DNA from: Flavobacteriales bacterium
GTDB taxonomy: Bacteria > Bacteroidota > Bacteroidia > Flavobacteriales > Flavobacteriaceae
DNA: 64,000 nucleotides
Direction: 5' to 3'
NCBI GenBank assembly: GCA_031408335.1
Contig: JANNWH010000014.1
Span: forward strand, 8,784 to 72,783
The notes beneath the pieces were generated by a model that was given only the letters and a program-made list of their open reading frames with translations, was not told the origin of the DNA and did no database searches. This document shows, one piece after another, positions 56,827 through 64,000 of this stretch (within the stretch, counting starts at the first letter, position 1; each line of letters opens with the position of its first letter). The translations under genes were made by a program, and so were the position numbers.

Positions 56827-59316
56827 ATGCAAAAAAAATACATTTCTTTCTTACCACTTTTTATGGTTTTTCAATTGGTTGCTCAACCACCTCAAAAGCC
56901 AAATGCAGTTGAAATATATAGTCAAATACAAAAGCTTAATTTTTTAGGAACTGTTCTTTATATTGCTGCACATCCCGATGATGAAAACACACGATTAATT
57001 TCTTATTTGTCCAATGAAAAGAAAGCTCGAACTGGTTATCTTTCGCTCACACGTGGCGATGGCGGACAAAATTTAGTTGGTCCAGAATTAAGAGAATTAT
57101 TAGGCGTAATAAGAACTCAAGAACTTATTGAAGCACGAAAAATTGATGGTGGCGAACAATTATTCACTCGAGCAAACGACTTTGGATATTCTAAAAATCC
57201 AAATGAAACACTAGAAATTTGGGATAAAGATCAGGTGTTAAACGACGTTATTTGGGCAATTCGAAAATTCCAACCCGATGTAATTATTAATCGATTTGAT
57301 CATCGTTCGCCAGGTACAACTCATGGTCATCACACAGCATCAGCTTTGTTAAGTGTTGATGCGTTTGATAAAGTTAATGATCCATTTTTTTTTCCAAATC
57401 AACTAAAATTGGTTTCAACGTGGCAACCAAAACGTATGTTTTTTAATACTTCGTGGTGGTTTTATGGAAGCAAAGAAAAATTTGAAAAAGCGGATAAATC
57501 CAATTTAGCCGAATTAAAAATTGGAGTTTATTATCAATCTACCGGAAAATCAAATCAAGAAATTGCTGCGTTAAGTCGAAGTAAACACCAATCACAAGGA
57601 TTCGGAAGTACCGGAACTCGCGGTGAAGAAACGGAATATTTAGAATTCTTAAAAGGCGAATCATTACAAGATAAAACCAATATTTTTGAAGGTATTGACA
57701 CCACTTGGAACCGAGTTAAAAATGGTAACCCAATTGGTGTTATTTTAGCTAATGTTCAGAAGAATTTCGATTATAATAATCCTGCTGCAAGTATTACGGA
57801 ATTAGTAAAAGCCTACGATTTAATTCAAAAATTAGATAATGAACACTGGAAAATAATAAAATCAGAAGAAATAAAGAAAGTTATTGCTTCTTGCGCTGGA
57901 CTGTTTTTAGAAGCAGTTGCAAAAACTCAAGAAGTAATAAGTGGTGCTGAACTCGATTTAAAAGTAGAAACAATTAACAGAAGCACTGTTGAAATGGAGT
58001 TAAAATCAATTTCATTACCTAACTCTTTAATTCCGTTTGAATCAAAAAAATTAGAATTTAACAAGTCTACTATTTATGAATTTGAAGTAATCATTCCTGA
58101 AAATCTTAATTACACTGAACCGTATTGGTTAAATGAAAAAGGAACTACAGGAATGTATCGTGTTGACAATCAGGAAAACATAGGAAAACCCGATATAATT
58201 CGAAATTTAACAGTTACTTTTTTAATTGCAATTAATGGTATTCCAATTCCATTTGAACGCAATATCATTTATAAATACAATGACGATGTTATTGGTGAAG
58301 TGTATCAACCACTTGATGTTGTGCCGCTTATAACTTCTAAAATTGATGAAAAAGTAACTATTTTTAATTCTGATAAACCTAAAGTAATAAATGTAAAAAT
58401 AAAAGCTGGAAGAGATTTAATTAATGGAATGATACAATTGGAAGTTCCAAATAATTGGTCCGTTTTTCCAAAAGAAATAGCTTTTTCTTTAGCAATAAAA
58501 GGAGAAGAAAAAGTAGTGAATTTTACGGTTACTCCTTCTAAAGAAGCTTCAGAAGTGACATTAAATAGTATTATTACAGTTGATAACAAATTATTTAATA
58601 AAGAAAAAATTGATATTAATTATACTCATATTTCAAAGCAAATGGTTCTAAAATCGTCTGAAACTAAAGCTATAAGACTAAATATCAAAACCAATAACGA
58701 AAAAATAGCCTACATTATGGGAGCTGGTGATGAAGTTCCAAAAAGTTTAATTCAAATGGGATATGAAGTGACAATTTTAAAACCAGAGGAAATATCAAGT
58801 GAAAAACTATTGAATTTTGATGTAGTAATGACCGGAATTAGAGCCTATAATGTGGTCAACAGTCTTGCTTTTAAACAATCTATTTTGTTAGATTTTGTAA
58901 AGAATGGAAAAACAATGATTGTACAATATAATACTACTGATGATATGGTTGCTAAAGATTTCAGTCCTTTTCCTTTAAAAATTTCACGAGATAGAGTTAC
59001 TGAAGAAAATGCAGAAGTCCGATTTTTAGCACCCGAACATCCTATACTAAACTATCCAAATAAAATTACCATAAACGATTTTAAAGGATGGAAACAAGAA
59101 CAAGGATTGTATTATCCGAATGAATGGGATAAAAATTTTACAGCCATAATTTCATCCAATGATAAAGGCGAATCACCAAAAAACGGAGCTTTACTAGTAG
59201 CAAAATATGGTAAAGGAAATTACATTTACACCGGACTTAGTTTTTTTAGAGAACTACCAGAAGGTGTTGCAGGAGCATATCGATTATTAGCAAACATAAT
59301 AGCAATAGGTAACTAA
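56827..59316 (+). CDS. Exported PIG-L/LmbE-family deacetylase with C-terminal amidotransferase-like domain
   Basis: AAHPDDEN, RGDGGQN, HGHHTAS; C-terminal YTGLSFFRELP; -7 box TATATTTG at 56794-56801. Confidence 0.9.
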   Translation: MQKKYISFLPLFMVFQLVAQPPQKPNAVEIYSQIQKLNFLGTVLYIAAHPDDENTRLISYLSNEKKARTGYLSLTRGDGGQNLVGPELRELLGVIRTQELIEARKIDGGEQLFTRANDFGYSKNPNETLEIWDKDQVLNDVIWAIRKFQPDVIINRFDHRSPGTTHGHHTASALLSVDAFDKVNDPFFFPNQLKLVSTWQPKRMFFNTSWWFYGSKEKFEKADKSNLAELKIGVYYQSTGKSNQEIAALSRSKHQSQGFGSTGTRGEETEYLEFLKGESLQDKTNIFEGIDTTWNRVKNGNPIGVILANVQKNFDYNNPAASITELVKAYDLIQKLDNEHWKIIKSEEIKKVIASCAGLFLEAVAKTQEVISGAELDLKVETINRSTVEMELKSISLPNSLIPFESKKLEFNKSTIYEFEVIIPENLNYTEPYWLNEKGTTGMYRVDNQENIGKPDIIRNLTVTFLIAINGIPIPFERNIIYKYNDDVIGEVYQPLDVVPLITSKIDEKVTIFNSDKPKVINVKIKAGRDLINGMIQLEVPNNWSVFPKEIAFSLAIKGEEKVVNFTVTPSKEASEVTLNSIITVDNKLFNKEKIDINYTHISKQMVLKSSETKAIRLNIKTNNEKIAYIMGAGDEVPKSLIQMGYEVTILKPEEISSEKLLNFDVVMTGIRAYNVVNSLAFKQSILLDFVKNGKTMIVQYNTTDDMVAKDFSPFPLKISRDRVTEENAEVRFLAPEHPILNYPNKITINDFKGWKQEQGLYYPNEWDKNFTAIISSNDKGESPKNGALLVAKYGKGNYIYTGLSFFRELPEGVAGAYRLLANIIAIGN

Positions 59317-59318
59317 TT

Positions 59319-59420
59319 ATGGAAAAAGAAAATCGTTGGAAAACAAGTTATTCATGGCTTTTGATAATTAATGTACTTTACATCATTATTTTTTTTATTC
59401 TAATGCAACTTTTTTATTAA
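59319..59420 (+). CDS. 33-aa single-TM small protein (not in ORF track)
   Basis: MEKENRWKTSYSWLLIINVLYIIIFFILMQLFY*, 2 nt after the PIG-L stop and 3 nt before the SSS start. Confidence 0.7.
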   Translation: MEKENRWKTSYSWLLIINVLYIIIFFILMQLFY

Positions 59421-59423
59421 ACC

Positions 59424-61145
59424 ATGCAACAACTCGACTGGATCATACTTTGCGCTACTCTACTTTCAATAGTAGTTTATGGCGTTTATAAAACAAAAGG
59501 CAGTAAAAATGTTGAAGAATATATTTTAGGCAACAAAGAAACCAATTGGTGGACAGTTGGACTTTCTGTAATGGCAACACAAGCTAGTGCCATTACTTTT
59601 TTATCTACTCCAGGTCAAGCGTATCATGACGGAATGGGATTTGTTCAGTTTTATTTCGGTTTGCCATTGGCTATGGTAGTAATTTGTGTGACTTTTATTC
59701 CTATTTACAACCGATTAAAAGTCTTTACCGCATACGAATATTTAGAAGAACGATTTGATTTAAAAACACGTTCACTGGCTTCCATCCTATTTTTAGTTCA
59801 ACGTGGTTTAGGTACTGGATTAACCATTTATGCTCCGTCAATAATTTTATCAACTTTATTAGGTTGGAATCTAACTTTGTTAAATGTAATTATTGGAATA
59901 TTAGTCATTATTTACACCTTTTCTGGTGGAACAAAAGCGGTAAACGTAACTCAAAAACAACAAATGTTTGTGATAATGAGTGGAATGATTATCACTTTTT
60001 TTCTAATTTTAAACATGTTACCCAACGATATGACATTTAGTAATGCGATGCATATTGCTGGAGCAAATGACAAAATGAATATCTTAGATTTTTCTTTTGA
60101 TCCAGAAAGTCGTTATACATTTTGGTCGGGAATTACTGGTGGATTTTTCTTAATGTTATCTTATTTTGGAACCGATCAATCGCAAGTTGGTCGCTATTTA
60201 TCTGGAAAATCTATTCGAGAAAGTCAAATGGGATTAATAATGAACGGTTTTCTGAAAGTTCCAATGCAATTTTTTATTTTATTAACAGGTGTAATGGTTT
60301 TTGTTTTTTTTCAATTCAATAATGTCCCACTTAATTTTAATCCTTTAAATAAAAAAATTATTGAAAAATCGGAATATGCCAATCAATACCATGTTTTGGA
60401 AAAACAACTTTTAGATCTTACCGAAGAAAAGAAAGAATACAATTTATTGTATATGGATCATTTAAATCAAAATTACGACAATCCAATTTTAAGAAATCGA
60501 TTGGTTGCCATTTCAGGAAAAGAAAAAGATTTACGGGAACAAGCAAAAGATTTAATTAGTAAAGCTGATAGTAAAGCAGAAACAAACGATAAAGATTATG
60601 TGTTTTTGTATTTCATATTGAATTATTTACCAAAAGGATTAATCGGATTGTTGTTAGCTGTAATTCTGTCAGCAGCTATGTCGTCATCAGCATCTGGATT
60701 AACAGCTTTAGCTTCAACAACCGCTATTGATATTTACAAAAGAAATCTAAAAGAAAAAAAATCGGATAAACATTACGTAGATGCAACAAAATATTTTACT
60801 TTACTTTGGGGAATTATTGCTATTGGATTTGCTTGTATTAGTGCTTTATTTGAAAACTTAATTCAACTTGTAAATATTATTGGTTCTATATTTTACGGAA
60901 CTGTTTTAGGTATTTTCCTTGTCGGTTTTTACATCAAATACGTTAAAGCAAATTCGATGTTTTTATCAGCATGTATAAGTCAATCAATCATATTTTTAAT
61001 CTTTTATTTTGCTATTTTTAGTCAACCAGCCGGACAAGAAAAATTAGGTTATTTATGGTTGAACTTTATTGGTGCAATGTTAACCGTTATTTTTTCTATT
61101 ACAATACAATTCTTCAGCAATCAAAAAAATAAAATAATCTCATAA
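59424..61145 (+). CDS. Sodium:solute symporter
   Basis: SVMATQASAITF, YFGTDQSQVGRYL, LSAAMSS; many TM helices. Confidence 0.93.
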   Translation: MQQLDWIILCATLLSIVVYGVYKTKGSKNVEEYILGNKETNWWTVGLSVMATQASAITFLSTPGQAYHDGMGFVQFYFGLPLAMVVICVTFIPIYNRLKVFTAYEYLEERFDLKTRSLASILFLVQRGLGTGLTIYAPSIILSTLLGWNLTLLNVIIGILVIIYTFSGGTKAVNVTQKQQMFVIMSGMIITFFLILNMLPNDMTFSNAMHIAGANDKMNILDFSFDPESRYTFWSGITGGFFLMLSYFGTDQSQVGRYLSGKSIRESQMGLIMNGFLKVPMQFFILLTGVMVFVFFQFNNVPLNFNPLNKKIIEKSEYANQYHVLEKQLLDLTEEKKEYNLLYMDHLNQNYDNPILRNRLVAISGKEKDLREQAKDLISKADSKAETNDKDYVFLYFILNYLPKGLIGLLLAVILSAAMSSSASGLTALASTTAIDIYKRNLKEKKSDKHYVDATKYFTLLWGIIAIGFACISALFENLIQLVNIIGSIFYGTVLGIFLVGFYIKYVKANSMFLSACISQSIIFLIFYFAIFSQPAGQEKLGYLWLNFIGAMLTVIFSITIQFFSNQKNKIIS

Positions 61146-61148
61146 AAA

Positions 61149-61181
61149 AACCACGAATTCAACTAATATGAATTCGTGGTT
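61149..61181. terminator. Bidirectional terminator
   Basis: AACCACGAATTCA-actaata-TGAATTCGTGGTT. Confidence 0.8.
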
Positions 61182-61198
61182 CTTTTAAAAAGGAAAAA

Positions 61199-62053
61199 TT
61201 ATTTTTTACTCCACTCTTTTATACTTTCATTATTCATTTTTACATAATCATCGTTCTTTTCCTTTTCGGCTCCGGCCAATGATAATTTTGCTGTTGCAAT
61301 TGCACCAACTTTATCACCCAGCTTACCTTGAATTAACGATTTTTGTCTTTGGTACCAAAACGGAATATCAGCTCCAGGTTTTACTTTTGAAATAGCTACA
61401 TTAAGATATTCTAACGCTTTATTTAAATCGCCATTAGATTGTAACAAATATTGGCCAGAAGAAAAATAATCTCCCGCAGTTGGTCCAGCTAATACTTTCT
61501 CAATACTAGCAATAGCCGTTTTTTGTGTAGGCACTTCAAATTTTACTGAAACCATCGTTTTCTCCCAAGATATATCCAATGTGGCACTATCATTATTTAA
61601 ATTATTAATTCCAATAGTAAAACTATCAACATTATTTCCCAATTGAATTGGATCGACTAGTACACTAAGAGCCACTTTATTCTCATCCCAATTTTCTGGT
61701 GCTCCCCAATTATCAGTAGTAGTATAAAAATCAACTTCCCAAACGTCGGCTTTTGGTATAGTGAAGATAGCGTATTTTCCTTTCTTCAACGATTTACCAT
61801 TTATTACAATATCATCGCTAAAAGTAATTAATGAATTAGCATTTGCTCCAGTTCTCCAAACTTTACCAAATGGAACTAAATCGCCAAATATAATTCTGCC
61901 TTTTGCACTTGGTCTTGAATAATCAACAGTTACATCTGTTAACCCAACCACTTGGTTTACAACACATTTAGGACTTGGCTGTGGGGTTTTAACTTGTGCT
62001 TCAATAGCATAATTTGCAATTAGCATTGCCAATAGATAGATAATTTTTTTCAT
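61199..62053 (-). CDS. DUF2911 domain protein
   Basis: PQPSP, DYSRPSAKGR, VWRTGAN, ISWEKT. Confidence 0.9.
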   Translation of the reverse strand: MKKIIYLLAMLIANYAIEAQVKTPQPSPKCVVNQVVGLTDVTVDYSRPSAKGRIIFGDLVPFGKVWRTGANANSLITFSDDIVINGKSLKKGKYAIFTIPKADVWEVDFYTTTDNWGAPENWDENKVALSVLVDPIQLGNNVDSFTIGINNLNNDSATLDISWEKTMVSVKFEVPTQKTAIASIEKVLAGPTAGDYFSSGQYLLQSNGDLNKALEYLNVAISKVKPGADIPFWYQRQKSLIQGKLGDKVGAIATAKLSLAGAEKEKNDDYVKMNNESIKEWSKK

Positions 62054-62197
62054 AATTTAGATTTTAATTTTGTCAAAATTACAAATTGTATTTTCTGTAT
62101 ATGTTAATTTAAACTTAAATCATGATGTTTTCTGTTTAACATATTGAATATATCGTTAAACATTTTGTAAATTTGTATCTTTAAAAATAATTATAAA

Positions 62198-62668
62198 ATG
62201 AAAATTTACCGAAAACAGACCAAACAAAATTTACCGATTTCTTTGGATAAAGCATGGGAATTACTATCGGATCCTAAAAACTTACAAAAAATAACACCTG
62301 AATACATGGGTTTTAAGATTCTTTCTGGCGCAGACAGACCAATGTTTCCTGGTCAAATTATACAATATATTGTAACACCAGTTTTCGGAATTCCAGCAAA
62401 ATGGATTACAGAGATTACGCATGTTGTTGACAAAAAATATTTTGTTGATGAACAACGTTTCGGACCCTATGCGTTTTGGCATCACAAACATTTTATTAAA
62501 GAAATTCCGGGTGGAGTTGAAATGGAAGACATTATTGATTATAAAGTGCCAATGGGAATTTTAGGTCAATTAGTTCATCCATTTATAGTAAAACCAAAAT
62601 TGAATGAGATTTTCGAATACAGAAGAAAAAAACTAATTGAAATGTTTGGCGAATTTAAACAATTATAA
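62198..62668 (+). CDS. SRPBCC family protein
   Basis: NLQKITP, FVDEQRFGPYAFWHHKH, IFEYR; -7 box TAAATTTG at 62168-62175. Confidence 0.9.
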   Translation: MKIYRKQTKQNLPISLDKAWELLSDPKNLQKITPEYMGFKILSGADRPMFPGQIIQYIVTPVFGIPAKWITEITHVVDKKYFVDEQRFGPYAFWHHKHFIKEIPGGVEMEDIIDYKVPMGILGQLVHPFIVKPKLNEIFEYRRKKLIEMFGEFKQL

Positions 62669-62670
62669 AA

Positions 62671-63366
62671 ATGAAAAACATATTAATAATAGGAGGTTCC
62701 TATGGAATTGGTTTAGCTATAGCTAAAGAATTACAAAGTGAAAATAAAGTATTTATTGCTTCAAGAACCGATGAAAACCTATCGGAATTAAATGTAACAT
62801 ACATTCCGTTTGATGCAATTACAGATAGTTTAGATCTTTTAAAATTACCAGAAGTTATAGATGGATTAGTATATTGTCCTGGCAGTATTAATTTACGACC
62901 ATTTAGAGGATTAAAAATCGAAACTTTTGAAAGCGATTTACAAATAAATTTTATTAGTTTGGTGAAAGTAATTCAGTCGGTTTTACCAAATTTAACTGCT
63001 TCACCACAATCAAGCATTGTTTTATTTAGTAGCGTTGCTGCAACAATGGGAATGCCTTTTCACACGAGTGTTGCTGCAGCCAAAGGAGCGGTTGAAGGTT
63101 TCGCAAAAGCTTTAGCTGCCGAATACGCACCAAAAATAAGAGTTAATGTAATTGCTCCATCGTTAACTGATACTCCTTTAGCAGATAAATTCTTAAATAA
63201 CGATGTGAAAAGAGAAAAATCGGCCGAAAGACATCCTTTAAAAAGATTTGGAACTTCAGAAGATATGGCTCAAATTGCTGGATTTTTATTAAGCGAGAAG
63301 AGCAGTTGGATTTCGGGACAAATAGTTCATGTTGATGGCGGAATGTCAACTTTATTAGTGACTTAA
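62671..63366 (+). CDS. SDR family oxidoreductase
   Basis: IIGGSYGIG, FSSVA, AAKGAVEG, VDGG; catalytic YxxxK Tyr appears replaced (V/A). Confidence 0.9.
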   Translation: MKNILIIGGSYGIGLAIAKELQSENKVFIASRTDENLSELNVTYIPFDAITDSLDLLKLPEVIDGLVYCPGSINLRPFRGLKIETFESDLQINFISLVKVIQSVLPNLTASPQSSIVLFSSVAATMGMPFHTSVAAAKGAVEGFAKALAAEYAPKIRVNVIAPSLTDTPLADKFLNNDVKREKSAERHPLKRFGTSEDMAQIAGFLLSEKSSWISGQIVHVDGGMSTLLVT

Positions 63367-63399
63367 AAAAATAACAATTTCAGAAGACAAACTTTATTT

Positions 63400-64000
63400 A
63401 TGAATGTATTTTGGTTTCGACGCGATTTACGATTGGATGATAATGTTGGATTATTTCATGCTTTAAATAGTGGAGAGCCTGTTTTACCTATTTTTATATT
63501 TGATGAATCTATTCTTTCTGAATTGCCAAAAGATGATGCACGAGTGACATTTATACATCAGCAATTAGAAAAAATCCAATCTCAATTGCAAAGTGTCGGT
63601 AAATCTGTAGCCATTTTTCATGGCAAACCATTTGAAATTTTTCAGAAAATAATTCTTGAGAATACAATCAATACCGTTTATACCAATCACGATTATGAAC
63701 CCTATGCTCGTAAACGTGATTTAGAATTATTTCAGTTATTGAAAGAGCACAAAATCGAATTCAAAACTAGTAAAGACCAAGTAGTTTTTGAAAAAAGTGA
63801 AGTGGTTAAAGATGACGGAAAACCTTATGTTGTGTATACTCCGTACTCCAATAAATGGAAAGAGAACTTCAAAAAGATTCGGTTAATTCATTATAATTCG
63901 GAGGATTTACTCGATAAAATAACACATCATTCCTATCCGTTTTTGAGTTTAACAGCTATTGGATTTGAAACTTCCTCAATTAAAGTTACACCTTTTGATA
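63400..64000 (+). CDS. phrB: Deoxyribodipyrimidine photolyase/cryptochrome, 3'-truncated by window edge
   Basis: MNVFWFRRDLRLDDN, NHDYEPYARKRD, YVVYTPY. Confidence 0.9.
   Translation, partial: MNVFWFRRDLRLDDNVGLFHALNSGEPVLPIFIFDESILSELPKDDARVTFIHQQLEKIQSQLQSVGKSVAIFHGKPFEIFQKIILENTINTVYTNHDYEPYARKRDLELFQLLKEHKIEFKTSKDQVVFEKSEVVKDDGKPYVVYTPYSNKWKENFKKIRLIHYNSEDLLDKITHHSYPFLSLTAIGFETSSIKVTPFD

Noticed and set aside
966-63349. Numerous 60-110 aa ORFs nested in or antisense to long genes
   Set aside because: Shadow ORFs with no motifs or independent expression signals

Overview
AT-rich bacterial chromosomal segment, almost certainly Flavobacterium (Bacteroidota), inferred from TAnnTTTG promoter boxes, A-rich leaders without Shine-Dalgarno, a T9SS C-terminal domain and typical gene content. 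The backbone is housekeeping: purL, a beta-oxidation cluster (fadD, MarR, fadN, fadA, acyl-CoA dehydrogenase), scattered menaquinone genes (menF, menC, menA, menB, menD), bshB1, tRNA-His, ccsA, kdsC, maf and a partial photolyase. No rRNA or CRISPR array is visible. Strongest leads: (1) two four-helix-bundle (23S-IVP/bAvd-like) genes, each wedged into an operon between INVERTED arrays of its own 7-bp repeat (17 copies at one end), with orphan heptamer tracts elsewhere, a candidate uncharacterised mobile or RNA-excised element; (2) an ECF sigma/anti-sigma locus with a tandemly duplicated, split DUF4331 pair, a TPR lipoprotein and a His-motif TonB receptor, where a TAAAWCC-N16-CGTAWAT motif precedes all three promoters; (3) a CutA/PII-like + iota-carbonic-anhydrase-like lipoprotein + DUF2490 cluster; (4) a Y1 transposase between nested inverted GTAG hairpins; (5) three repeat-like tracts carried in frame inside purL. 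All family assignments come from motif recognition by eye, with no database searches.
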